NCBI GenBank assembly: GCA_002269645.1 | Contig: NIVC01001677.1 | Span: 124,001 to 188,000, forward strand | Length of the DNA stretch: 64,000 bases | Source: Macrostomum lignano | Taxonomy: Eukaryota | Direction: 5' to 3' | In this document: positions 11,611-24,910 of the stretch, in pieces | How positions within the stretch are numbered: position 1 is the first letter of the stretch | Layout of the letters: every line of letters begins with the position of its first letter | The notes under the pieces: generated by a model | The model's input: only the letters and a program-made list of their open reading frames with translations | Told to the model about the DNA's origin: nothing | Database searches by the model: none | Translations under genes and position numbers: made by a program

Positions 11611-13637
11611 CAGACAGACACATACACAGACAGACAGACACACAGACAGACATCCTCAGCCGATCGCTCGCTGCTCCGCAGGCAATACACGTGCCGCAAT
11701 TCAGTCGGCGGCCGAGACTCCCTAGTCGACGAGCGAGGCGTGGTCTGTTCTCGCGCGGATCTCCTGACCGGCGGCTGCTGCCCCTACCCCAGCCAGCGGT
11801 CCGTGAGGTACCACTGCTCCGCTTGTAATCAGTTTAGTCTGTGCTGCAAAAGCTTCGAATTCTGCGTCTCGTGCTGTCTGCAGCCGAATCAGCGACCGAT
11901 CCTAGAGGCGGTGCTGCTCAGAGCGCGAGCACTCGGTGACAAAGTTTTACTGCGGGTGGCCGATCCGTTTCAGTTGTGCCTGGCCCGCTGCCGGACCAGC
12001 TCTGAGAGCGTGCAGCACGAGAACGCTTATAGGTTGGCTTGATTATATACTGCAGAGTACAGTTTCGGCTCTGGGATCTGTGGATCTGGGATCTGAGGAT
12101 ATGAGATCTGAGGATCTGAGGACCTGGGATCTTAGGATCTGAGAATCTGGATCTGAGGATCTGGATCTGAGGATCTGAGGATCTGAGGATCTGGATCTGA
12201 GGATCTGGGATCTGAGGATCTGGATCTGAGGATCTGGGATCTGAGGATCTGGATCTGAGGATCTGGGATCTGAGGATCTGGATCTGAGGATATGAGGATC
12301 TGGGATCTGAATATCTGGGATCTGAAGATCTGGGATCTGAAGATCTGGGATCTGAGGATATGAGGAACTGGGATCTGAATATCTGGGATCTGAGGATCTG
12401 AAGATCTGGGATCTGAGGATATGAGGAACTGGGATCTGAATATCTGGGATCTGAGGATCTGAAGATCTGGGATCTGAAGATCTGGGATCTGGGATCTGAA
12501 GATCTGGGATCTGAAGATCTGGGATCTGAAGATCTGGGATCTGAGGATATGAGGATCTGGGATCTGAATATCTGGGATCTGAGGATCTGAAGATCTGGGA
12601 TCTGGGATCTGAAGATCTGGGATCTGAAGATCTGGGATCTGAATATCTGGGATCTGAAGATCTGGGATCTGAAGATCTGGGATCTGAAGATCTGGGATCT
12701 GAAGATCTGGGATCTGAAGATCTGGGATCTGAAGATCTGGGATCTGAAGATCTGGGATCTGAGGATCTGAGAATCTGGGATCTGAGGATCAGGATCTGAG
12801 AATCTGGGATCTGAGGATCAGGATCTGAGAATCTGGGATCTGAGGATCAGGATCTGGGGATCTGAGGATCAGGATCTGGGATCTGAGAATCTGGGATCTG
12901 AAGATCTGGATATGAGAATCTGGGATCTGAGGATCTGGATATGAGGATCTGGATATGAGGATCTGGATATGAGAATCTGGGATCTGAGGATCTGAGAATC
13001 TGGGATCTGAGGATCTGAGAATCTGGGATCTGAGGATCTGAGAATCTGGGATCTGAGGATCTGAGGATCTAGATTTGAGGATCTGAGGGTCTAAGGATCT
13101 GAATCTGGGATATGAGAATCTGGGATCTGAGGATCTGAGAATCTGGGATCTGAGGATCTGAGAATCTAGATTTGAGGATCTGAGGGTCTAAGGATCTGGA
13201 TCTGAGGATCTGAGTATCTGGGATCTAAAAAATCAAAGAATCTGGGATCTGAAGATCGGAGATCTGATATCTGAGGATTTGGCGTTTTAGAATCCGAAAT
13301 TCAAGGATTTGAGGATTTAGGTTTATAGAGCTCCAATATTTTTAAAGCGAATATTAAATCTAGAATTGAGAATCTATAATTAATCAATAATTTGGGGATC
13401 TGTTTTCTGGGTATGAAAAGCTGTCAGTGGATCAGAGGGTCTGCGATCTGGCGTAGTAATTATCTAGGATCTCAATTCAACAGAAAATGTTGCATATTAA
13501 ATCTCGTGCATTAAAGCTGCTGAGCTGGTGTTAGATAGACAAATTTCAATCGCATCTCTGTTTCAACCCGCAGAGACCCGGTGAACAAGCACTGCTTCGG
13601 TCTGCAGCCGCCAACTCTGAGATTAGCCAATCGTTAA
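7311..13637 (+). CDS. SPRING1: SREBP pathway regulator SPRING1/C12orf49 homologue; join(7311..7421,9683..9855,11682..12032,13574..13637), 232 aa
   Basis: Exon 1 is a type II anchor ([33 protein letters not shown]). Exon 3 has [41 protein letters not shown] and [22 protein letters not shown]; exon 4 is DPVNKHCFG. All junctions are GT-AG with compatible phases (0,2,2), total 699 nt. Confidence 0.9.
7756..8910. mobile_element. Non-autonomous hAT element in SPRING1 intron 1
   Basis: TIRs TAGAGGTCGGAT (7756) and ATCCGACCTCTA (8910); perfect 8-bp TSD ATTGTGAT at 7748-7755 and 8911-8918. Confidence 0.9.
8093..8256. repeat. Long imperfect palindrome (MITE-like) nested in the hAT element
   Basis: GCGCAACC..GGCCATTTCTATTGGCAACACACACATGTAA..GTTGCTATTGG is mirrored by CCAATAGCAACTTACATGTGTGTGTGTTGCCAATAGAAATGGCC..GGTTGCGC. 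Confidence 0.8.
10105..11650. repeat. Complex (GACA)n-derived minisatellite in SPRING1 intron 2
   Basis: GACA runs interleaved with CACATACACAGA(G/A/T)A units; source of many spurious SVCL/RQTD ORFs. Confidence 0.97.
12068..13330. repeat. GGATCT/GAGGATCT/GAAGATCT short-period satellite in SPRING1 intron 3
   Basis: Nested units of about 6-14 bp, e.g. TGGGATCTGAAGATC, decaying towards 13330. Confidence 0.95.
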
Positions 13638-14174
13638 TCGCTAATCGCTAACAAAACACTCACACACAGCTGCAACATTGCAACACCCGGCGAGCATGTC
13701 TGAGAAGCCGTTCGCCCAGCGTTGGTTGAACAACGCCTATCAGGACAGCCTGCAGCCAACCAGCCAATGGCAGCGCGCCTCTCACCTATTGGCTGAGCGG
13801 CTAGCCAATAGCATCGAAGCTGAGCCAGCGTTCAGCCAATCGGATCGGTTCAAACAGATGACGTTTCAATTGTTAGGCGAAGTGTTTGTTAGAAATTATT
13901 TTCCACACGACAGCATTGACCCGGGCGTAATAGTGAGTCACTGCTCAGCTGCTGGTCTGATATAAAACTGTTTGATCAATTGTTGAGCTCGAATCAACTT
14001 CTAGAAGCACTTTGCCTCTCTTTAACCTTGTACATGTTTGCTTGTACAGCTTTGACATGTCTACATTGAATCTGTTTGTTTTCTAGCAATTGTGTATTCT
14101 AGCAAGTAAACTTCCACCGATGTTTATTAAATCAGGGTTGAAACTTGCTTAGGTGCTTGTCGGGTAGTGAAATC

Positions 14175-14920
14175 TCATGGGTGTTTTAAGGTCGGATAAT
14201 AAACTTTCATGGGTGTTTATAAGGTCGGATAATAAACTTTCATGGGTGTTTATAAGGTCGGATAATAAACTTTCATGGGTGTTTATAAGGTCGGATGATA
14301 AACTTTCATGGGTGTTTATGAGGTCGGATAATAAACTTTCATGGGTGTTTATAAGGTCGGATGATAAACTTTCATGGGTGTTTATAAGGTCGGATGATAA
14401 ACTTTCATGGGTGTTTTAAGGTCGGATAATAAACTTTCATGGGTGTTTTAAGGTCGGATAATAAACTTTCATGTGTGTTTATAAGGTCGGATAATAAACT
14501 TTCATGGGTGTTTTAAGGTCGGATAATAAACTTTCATGGGTGTTTTAAGGTCGGATGATAAACTTTCATGGGTGTTTTAAGGTCGGATAATAAACTTTCA
14601 TGGGTGTTTTAAGGTCGGATGATAAACTTTCATGGGTGTTTTAAGGTCGGATAATAAACTTTCATGGGTGTTTATAAGGTCGGGAAATAAACTTTCATGG
14701 GTGTTTATGAGGTCGGATAATAAACTTTCATGGGTGTTTATAAAGTCGGATAATAAACTTTCATGGGTGTTTATAAGGTCGGGTGATAAACTTTCATGGG
14801 TGTTTATAAGGTCGGGAAATAAACTTTCATGGGTGTTTATGAGGTCGGATAATAAACTTTCATGGGTGTTTATAAAGTCGGATAATAAACTGTCATGGGT
14901 GTTTATAAGATCGGGAAATA
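14175..14920. repeat. 33-bp (and 32-bp variant) minisatellite, about 22 copies
   Basis: Unit CATGGGTGTTTATAAGGTCGGATAATAAACTTT. Confidence 0.97.
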
Positions 14921-15811
14921 AACTCCCTCGATTGTTAATCTAACTTCAACATTATTCTCACGGATGTTTATAGTGTTTATCGTTTTAGAACTAGCATTAT
15001 AGATGTTAATTAAACTTGTTTGCAAAGTTAACTTATTCATATATTAGAACACTATGCAATACTGATTTAATAGTCTTAATCAGTACGCTGACATGCAATC
15101 TCATTCTCCGCTCATTCTGTTACGCCGTCACTTTGCAGACGCCTCCAAACATAGCCTGGGAGGACAGGCGCACCCTGGACACAGACTGCAGAGCTTGGCT
15201 TGATGCCAAGCTGCAGGCTTGTATTGAAACCCTACCGCCTGAGTAAATATATTGTCATGCTTTTATTGTCAGAAACGCAACACCTGTAGCATAAATTAAC
15301 ATTCGATATAACCTCAATAATCCTTTTGCGCGCGTCTTTTTGCTTTCAATTTTAATTATTTTCCTAATAGAAATTAACCGGTTCAGTAGATAACAATCTT
15401 AACAATTAATTAACACCATAACTGATTTTATAATTTGCTTAGAATTTTAAGTTTATGCGTCAAACATCCTACTTGAATAAAATAATTAGTAGTGTAATCC
15501 GCAAATTAATTTATTTTACCTGGAAATTGTGTGTTTTGTATTGGTGGTTCTACCTACATATAGAAAAGAGAAGAGAGGTAGCTGAGATTCCAGCCAGAGC
15601 AAATATTAGCCGAGTATAAAATATGAGAAACTAATTCTACGAAAGAAAAGTACAAATTCAATTTGGAACTGTTGCCGTGCTTGTTAGCCTGAGTACACTC
15701 GGCTATGCGCTAAAACTACTCGACTCGATGGTTGAGTGTCTTAAGTGGGGCATTCGCTTCCTGAGCCAGGGGCTTTTGGATCTAGAAATTGGGAATATAA
15801 TATTCTTCAGC

Positions 15812-16104
15812 AATAATAATAAAAATAACAATTGATTACACCTGCCCTAATTAGGCAGATGTGCAACTGACAGCTCAGCCGTAGCTATTGCTCCGCGCAT
15901 CTGAAGGCTGCGTACGGCTGTTCAGTCCCACACACCCTCAATTACCCCAGCTAATGCTGGCACCCATTTTACAGCTGGGTGAATTAAAGCAATGCAGAGT
16001 TAAGTGTCTTGCTCAAGGACACACATTTTTTCAGTGGGATCGAGAATCGAACCCCCGACCTTCAAGTCGTGAGTCGGCCGCTCTAACCACTAGGCTACAA
16101 CACC
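15812..16104 (-). mobile_element. tRNA-derived SINE
   Basis: The minus strand has an A box TAGCCTAGTGGTTAGAGCG, a B box GGTTCGATTC, a central GTGTCCTTGAGCAAGACACTTAAC..CACCCAGCTGTAAAATGGG domain (V-/Meta-SINE-like) and a TTA-rich tail. Confidence 0.8.
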
Positions 16105-16782
16105 ACTTCAGCAAGATGTCCATTATTGTTGACTTGGATATCCAGTCCAGACACTAACTATATAAAAGTCCTTGATCGCTCCATGCAGATAATTGATATA
16201 TCAAATTCAGACAGAATTGAATTGGTTGAAGTACATTTTATTTATTAGCTATGAGCAGTGCCAGTGGATAAATTAATTTAGAATCTTAATTTGATTTCAG
16301 AGACACTGCTACTGATTTCATTATTTGATTTTGATATAAAAGCGGATTTGTGACTACATCGGAGAGATTACATGTAGTTACTTGCTGATAACTCGTGTGT
16401 CAATCAATCAAATTACTGTCGGGGCGTTTGCATCAATCAAGCCTTGGATAAAAGCCAGATATGTGCGTCTGATAACGTACGTTAATTACGCTAATATATA
16501 AATAATTAAGAGCAGTAGGAATTAGGAAATGACCTTCAGTTGGTTCCGTCTGGCTTACAACAATTAACAATAAGCAAATGTAAATAAATATTTCTTCAGG
16601 GCTTCTCAAGCTGTCAGCCAGTTTCAGACCGAGTGCGGTCAGCTGGTGACTGCTGGCTTGGACAAAGAGCTGTACAGGCGACAAGTTAACTATATGGTGA
16701 GGGCTTCTCATGTACGAGCGTTATTGTAACCGGAATTGGTTCAGAAATTTTATTTGAACATTAATCTCGAGATCCTTTAGAT

Positions 16783-16988
16783 CAGGGGTCAGCAACTCCG
16801 GCCCTCGGGTCCTTTGAAACTTTACAATAGCAATCTGGCCCACTCAAGCTAGGTTTGTATATCTCTTCTCAGCTCTCTTCTCTCCTTTATTATCTCTTCT
16901 TTCCTCTTCTCTCCTCTCTCATCGGACCCACAGCCATGAGCAGGATTCTTTAACTGGCTCTTGAGGTAAACAAGTTAGCCGACCCCAG
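16783..16988. mobile_element. Possible small degenerate hAT-type MITE
   Basis: Ends CAGGGGTCAGCAAC and GTTAGCCGACCCCAG are imperfect TIRs; the TSD match is poor. Confidence 0.35.
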
Positions 16989-17169
16989 CTCTACGAACTT
17001 AGGTGGCCTTTTGATCTTTATATGTACTCATGACCTTCAGAATTTCTAAATCTCCCTCAGAACCTCTAACTGACTCACAGAAATTTTTAATTTGACACGT
17101 TTCCACTTTTTCTTAACTTCGAAAATAAGGTCTAGATGCTCGCTATGGCACGTAGAATATCTATATGGC

Positions 17170-17515
17170 CTCTAGATTCTCTAAATGGTCTCTAGATTCT
17201 CTAAATGGTCTCTAGATTCTCTGAATGGTCTCTATATTATCTCAGTGGCCTCTAGATTCTCTTAATGACCTTTAGATTCTCTTATTGATCTCTAGATTCT
17301 CTTATTGATCTCTAGATTCTCTTATTGATCTCTAGATTCTCTTATTGATCTCTAGATTCTCTTATTGATCTCTAGATTCTCTTATTGATCTCTAGATTCT
17401 CTTATTGATCTCTAGATTCTCTTATTGATCTCTAGATTCTCTTATTGATCTCTAGATTCTCCATCTGGCCTCTAGATTCTTTTAATGACCTATAGATTCT
17501 CTAAATGGCCTCTAG
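17170..17515. repeat. 20-bp minisatellite
   Basis: Unit TCTAGATTCTCTTATTGATC, with a homogeneous core and diverged edges. Confidence 0.95.
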
Positions 17516-17888
17516 AGCTAAAATCTACATCAAATTCATGGTCTTGTAATCGCACTTGTGCTCTGACCCTCTAGACCAGCATAATGAAAATAGTATAGCC
17601 ACGCCAAGAGAAACAATCAATGTCTTTGCTTCTCTCCCACGGACAAAACAGCGCGATCCCAAAAAAAGCTGAGGCAGCCTGGACGGCCCCGCCGCCGAGT
17701 CAGCGTCAGAGGCAGGCGCCGGCCTCTCGAGCCACCGCGGTCACGGAGGACTCTGACTCCGTCGGTAAGTGCTGCATTAAAGTTATAAGATTTTAAGTAC
17801 CTTACTGTATGGCTTGCAACTACAGTCAACTCAGGGGCGTAGACAGAGGAGGGGAAATCGGGGTTAGCGCTCCCACTTCCGGTGGCCT

Positions 17889-18272
17889 TGCGCCCCTGGT
17901 GCTGGCGCCCCTGGTGCTGGCGCCCCTGGTGCTGGCGCCCCTGGTGCTGGCGCCCCTGGTGCTGGCGCCCCTGGTGCTGGCGCCCCTGGTGCTGGCGCCC
18001 CTGGTGCTGGCGCCCCTGGTGCTGGCGCCCCTGGTGCTGGCGCCCCTGGTGCTGGCGCCCCTGGTGCTGGCGCCCCTGGTGCTGGCGCCCCTGGTGCTGG
18101 CGCCCCTGGTGCTGGCGCCCCTGGTGCTGGCGCCCCTGGTGCTGGCGCCCCTGGTGCTGGCGCCCCTGGTGCTGGCGCCCCTGGTGCTGGCGCCCCTGGT
18201 GCTGGCGCCCCTGGTGCTAAAGCCCCTGGTGCTAAAGCCCCTGGTGCTGGCGCCCCTGGTGCTGGCGCCCCT
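17889..18272. repeat. 15-bp GC-rich minisatellite, about 25 copies
   Basis: Unit GCGCCCCTGGTGCTG; explains the LAPLV/WRPWC ORFs. Confidence 0.97.
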
Positions 18273-18799
18273 TATTTGACAGAGCTGATAAAAATCAGCT
18301 TGATTAAAAATTGCAATAACTTAAAATTGAAAACATTTTTGCAAGGGGTTTGAGTTGAATTTGGTACTCCATAACAGCACTCCATATAACTCAGGTTTCT
18401 AGATCTCATTTGATAAAGAATTTGATGAAGATCGATCAGTGGATTCTGGAAGCTTAAGCTCCGACTCATAAATTATTCATCAATCAAAGGCAAAGTATCC
18501 AAGTGTCCGCGCCACCCTCAGAGGGGTAAACTGTATCCGAATATCCAAACTGCATTCCGCCGAGATACACAGGCCCCGTGTGTGGCATTGCATGAGCTCG
18601 AATATCAATGCCTGAAATATGCTGCTTCCGTTATTTCTCTGTTCTTTCCGATTGGGTCTCGGGTGTCGCAGCCTTCACCGACTTGCGCTGCTAACAGCTT
18701 CTGGGGCTGAAATTCCTTTTTTGTTGCAAGGTGCTTTCAACCCTGACTCTTTCATGTCGATCTCTATGGACCTATTTATTTCTTTCCGTCTCAAGAGTC

Positions 18800-19620
18800 T
18801 CCCATCTCTCTCCCTTCCTCCCCCCTGTCTCCCATCTCTCTCCCTTCCTCCCCCCTGTCTCCCATCTCTCTCTCTTCCTCCCTCCCTGTCTCCCATCTCT
18901 CTCTCTTCCTCCCTCCCTGTCTCCCATCTCTCTCCTTTCCTCCCTCCCTGTCTCCCATCTCTCTCTCTTCCTCCCTCCCTGTCTCCCATCTCTCTCCCTT
19001 CCTCCCTCCCTGTCTCCCATCTCTCTCCCTTCCTCCCTCCCTGTCTCCCATCTCTCTCCCTTCCTCCCTCCCTGTCTCCCATCTCTCTCCCTTCCTCACT
19101 CCCTGTCTCCCATCTCTCTCCCTTCCTCACTCCCTGTCTCCCATCTCTCTCCCTTCCTCCCTCCCTGTCTCCCATCTCTCTCCCTTCCTCCCTCCCTGTC
19201 TCCCATCTCTCTCCCTTCCTCCCTCCCTGTCTCCCATCTCTCTCCCTTCCTCCCTCCCTGTCTCCCATCTCTCTCCCTTCCTCCCTCCCTGTCTCCCATC
19301 TCTCTCCCTTCCTCCCTCCCTGTCTCCCATCTCTCTCCCTTCCTCCCTCCCTGTCTACCCATCTCTCTCCCTTCCTCTCTGTCTACCTATCTCTCTCCCT
19401 CCCCCTGTATACCCATCTCTCTCCCTTCCCCCTATCTCTCTTCCCCCCTGTCTCTCCCTCCCCCCTGTCTACCCATCTCTCTCCCTCCCTCCTGTCTCTC
19501 ACTCCCCCCTGTCTACCAATCTCTCTCCCTCCCCCCGTCTACCCATCTCTCTCCCTTCCTCTCTGTCTACCCATCTCTCTCCCTTCCTCTCTGTCTATCC
19601 ATCTCTCTCCCTCTCTCCCC
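18800..19620. repeat. 31-bp polypyrimidine minisatellite
   Basis: Unit CTCCCTCCCTGTCTCCCATCTCTCTCCCTTC, degenerating after ~19350. Confidence 0.95.
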
Positions 19621-20423
19621 TGTCTACCGGTTGTCTCCCTCTCCACACATGTGCCACTCTGCTATCCTGCCATAGCCTATACACACTACTTAAAAGCTAA
19701 GCTGCATGACACACTGCCATCAATCTGCAGCCCTCCGACCCAACCTTAACGGATCTGTCATCTTGATAACAATCAAGTCAGTCCAAGTCAGCCCAGCTGA
19801 CACTTGCAGAAGTTGCCACCCCATTTCCCCCTCTAGATATAGGCTTTGTTGGCCTAAAATTTGCACAGATTTATCAATAAAGCTACAGATGAAAAGAGGC
19901 GAGGGACAGAAAGAGATCGAAGCGTTTAGTTAGCAAAGCGGGTTCGTGTACAAACACGAAACACTGACTTGTCCTGCTTTCACTTGCGCCTCACTTCATT
20001 CGGTACATTTTGCTAGTCAGTGAAAGATAGCGGAACACAGCCAGAGAGATGGATGCATGTATGGAGAGACTTTGCCGAATGTGGGAAACATTCCAGGAAC
20101 TCTCTCTGTCTCTGTGTCCTAACAGCGATAAGCGATGTTTAACTATGCCGCAGTCTGAAATGTATCGCCATATTTGACAGTTATTTATGACTGTCCGCGC
20201 GCTCCAGACGGGCGTCAAAAATGGATGCATTTCCGCCCCGTTGGGATCCGTGCCGGATTTTTGGTAGGCTGAAAATAATAACAAATTTGCACTTCTGTGG
20301 GAGGCCTGCGATGTCCAATTCTGCAATTGGTAGCCGATATGTATTGCTCATTGAAATCAGTTTAGGGGAGCGGAAATTTCTATTTTAGCTAAGAACTACT
20401 TCAATTTTGATCCTATTGCAATA

Positions 20424-20945
<522 letters not shown>

Positions 20946-21786
20946 ACACTAATACAGATGACATGCGTGAGACAGGTAAGAAATCCGCAAGGTCATGCAG
21001 TACACATTTCAACAGGAAATTCCTTGTATTTCCCAGCCAAACGCAAGACCGAAGTTTCCAAGGAATTTCCCATAATTTGCGCAGCAGATGAACGCACAGA
21101 CTGCTGTGATTCCGCATGGTCTCCCTTGCAGTTCAAACCGACTTTGAACTCTCGGTGGTGGTGAAAACACCTGCAGCTTCACCTTCACTGCAACCTGGCT
21201 TGTAGCGAGTGTCGCTGGGTCCAGCTATGCAAATGGCGCAGAATCTGCAACAACAGCAATATAGTAGAAAGCCATAATTTCCTAACGCAAAGTTTTTATT
21301 GCTCCGTACTGGTTGAAATGTCTGCAAATTATGGGACCGACCGGAGCGTTTGATATTAAATTTTTATCGAAAATTCCAATTCTGGATTAACTATAATTAA
21401 TGCTATGAACTATAAACTATGGTTTATTGTTGCCTTTCTGGTCTGAGGTGAGCTTCAGTTCGGGTCAGGCATGCGTTTGGTTTGCATGGCTGCCAAAGTC
21501 CCGAAATTCTGGCTACCAAATGCAAGCCGTTGAGATGAAGAATGAGAGGGCCTGTGAAGCAATGTTTTTTGAAGGTTCGTTTTGTTTAAAGGGGAAAGCA
21601 TTTCGAATCGAAGTGTGACAAATTGTCTCTTTGCCGGCTGTAAAATTGTGGTCTATGGCTGGTTGCCAACTGTTTGGGGATGTGGAGGATTGTGTTGGGA
21701 GCTGGGACATAGGAGAGGATGAGGTCACGGCACGGGAGAGCTGGCTTTTGGGGCGATAGAGATCCGCTTGGAAACTGAGATAACAT

Positions 21787-22178
<392 letters not shown>

Positions 22179-22249
22179 CGAGCTCGTTCTTAGAAAGTTT
22201 TAAGAAGAATTCTCTCCTTTCAGTCTTGTTAGGACCTGTCCGGCTACTA

Positions 22250-23700
22250 AGCAAATAGACATTCGGAATTTTATCTGTTGAGCTTTGAAGTTGAGCGCTA
22301 AGTCTGTTTGGTCAAGTTGAGCCCAGACGTAGACAGTGTGCTCGGAGTGATGTATGCTGATCGAGTGGAAGAAGATGCAAATTTGCCTTAACTTTTTGCC
22401 GGCGGATAGAATGGCAAAAGGAGCTCCTTGCATTCGCCGTGACTCGAGCGCACCGATAGAAAATTCTCTTTAAACTCCAAGCCGTCTTCCCACTTTGAGC
22501 TTCACTTGCGCGGGACCCTCTCGGCGCTTTTCAAGAAATTCCAACGCAAAAGCAGAGAAAAAAACAAGTTCAGCCTTGGGTGCAACAGAATTACTGTCTG
22601 CTCTCCGTGTTCTCTGTGAAATAATGGTCAGGAATTTCTTCTTCAACTCAGAGCGTGAGGAAATGCGCGCTCTCTCAGCTAGCTGTGCAGTGGCGATTTT
22701 AAGTGTGGCTCTGGGTGCAACACTTTTCTTTCTTAGAAAGAAGAAATTGACTATTTTTCTTTAACTGAAAGGAAGAAAGCGAGAAGCGAGCATCAAGATC
22801 TTCCCAACTACGAGTATAGGCGATGCGAAAATCAATGAATTCCTCCAATTCTTCCTAATCGTTCGTATTTCGGAAGGGCATTTCGATGCGTGGAGAATTT
22901 TCCCCTCGAGTTGGCGCAGGCTTAACGTACCCGACGAACGAGATAAGCGGAGCCGGTGAAAGATTATTTCTGGCTGATATTAGCAACAAGGTGCAGTCTT
23001 CTTTTCGCTAGACTATATTGGACTTGCCAGTAGTGAAAGCCTCTCTTCTCTGGATTGCGACACGGTTTACACTGAAAACAGCTGGGCCTCGAATGGAATT
23101 CTTGGATTTTCGATAATAGAGACAGAGAAGGCGGCCGAGCCTCCAAAGAAGATAAGGATGTTGAGGGTTGGGGGCTTATTTTCGATGGGTCAGTGCGGTG
23201 CACTTCCTACGGAAGATTTGGCTTATGCTGCAGGCTGTTAGCAACCCAGTCTCGCTGATAGAAATAGTTCAACCTATTTTTAACTGTATAAGCTAAATAA
23301 GGTTCCCTGAACTTTATCCTCCGTCTTTTAGTTAGACAGAAGAGATTTGGAGCTTTATGGATATGCATCAGTGTTAATTAACTTCTTGAAAGCGCGGAGT
23401 GCACACGTGGATGCGTGTTGCGCTCGTATTGACTTGTGTACTTTAAAATATTAAATTTCCCTATCTGCTGCTATGCTATCAGGTTGAGAGGCTTTTCTTG
23501 TTGCTTCGGGCAGAATCAACCCAAGCAGAAATCGACATCCTTGATCGCATTATCTCTAGCCTATATTTAGCTGTTCAAAGATATTTGGCATCCGGGCTGA
23601 TTGTGTATTGCATAGTGAAGCGCGCAACTGAGGGGAGAAACGAAATTATACAAGAAAATTTTTTATCCCAACACGACCAACAGTCAAATAGGCTATAGCT
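22250..23700 (-). pseudogene. Possible heavily decayed non-LTR retrotransposon RT/C-terminal remnant
   Basis: Stop-ridden minus-strand fragments only loosely recall LINE RT motifs (SCWDKKFSCII, RNNLHRLRLSRSSGTLSLRQL, NSLIFASPIL, LRAHCLRLG). No YADD-type motif was recognised. Confidence 0.3.
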
Positions 23701-24349
23701 GCAGCCATTAGTCTTTGATAGTGAAAGAACTCTGCTTCTAAAAGCTGCACCAGCACAGAGGCTGGGAGACAAACACATACACTCTTCTTCGTCTCGCCTT
23801 CCGACATTCTCCGATTCTGTTCTGGTATAGATTCCCTTTTTTGCTTAGCCGACCATGCAGGGCTTGATCTCCTCTCTGGCTTTCCCTTCTATACTGACGG
23901 AATGTTTATGCCAGGACTATAGGAGAGGCTTCTAAAAGAAGCTTCAGGCAAGCTATGTATATGCAAAGCAGGCTATACCAAAGGCTATGATGCCATATAT
24001 CTAGAGTGTATACATACATTCACGCACTGGAGGTCAGCCTGATGTGTGCGTCTCTTATAGCCAATGCACGGCTTTCAACCCTGCAGCGGCCTGAAATCCG
24101 GCAGTGGGGCTTGGCAAGATCGCTCGGCTGTGACGCCTGAGAGAATAAGACTGCATGGGGGAGATTGACTTGGATATTCGGTTTTGTTGGCATGCAATGA
24201 TGATTTCTGGGATTCCTCATTCTCTATGCTTGCAGAACAGCTTCGAGGGGGTACTTGAATTTTTGCTGGCAGTGCTGGAGTCTTTTATTAATTCGAGACG
24301 TGACTTTAGGTGTGGCGTAGGCATTTTTAACACGTTGTTTAGACATCTT

Positions 24350-24910
24350 CCACACGTGACTTGGGCAGCCCTGAACGCGTGACTTAGGCAATCCTGAACA
24401 CGTGACTTTGGCAACCCTGAACACGTGACTTAGGCAACCCTGAACGCGTGACTTAGGCAATCCTGAACACGTGACTTGGGCAGCCCTGAACGCGTGGCTT
24501 AGGGGAAACCTGAACGCTTGACTTAGGCGACCCTGAACGCGTGACTATGGCAACACTGAACAGGTGAGTTAGGCAACCCTGAACACGTGACTTAGGCAGC
24601 CCTGAACGCGTGACTTAGGCAATCCTGAACACGTGACTTAGGCAGCCCTGAACACGTGACTTAGGCAACCCTGAACACGTGACTTTGGCAACCCTGAACG
24701 CGTGACTTAGGCAACCCTGAACGCGTGACTTTGGCAACCCTGAACGCGTGACTTTGGCAACCCTGAACACGTGACTTAGGCAACCCTGAACGCGTGACTT
24801 AGGCAACCCTGAACACGTGACTTTGGCAACCCTGAACGCGTGACTTTGGCAACCCTGAACGCGTGACTTAGGCAACCCTGAACGCGTGACTTAGGCAACC
24901 CTGAACGCGT
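24350..24910. repeat. 23-bp minisatellite, about 24 copies
   Basis: Unit GTGACTT(A/T)GGCAACCCTGAAC(A/G)C. Confidence 0.95.

Noticed and set aside
9890-11699. Long SVCL/RQTD-repeat ORFs (also 20413-21117 and 45857-46514)
   Set aside because: Artefacts of stop-free GACA/GTCT microsatellites.
17620-17764. GC-rich exon-like segment with ATG and a GTAAGT donor
   Set aside because: No partner exon or recognisable domain was found, so it cannot be supported as a gene.
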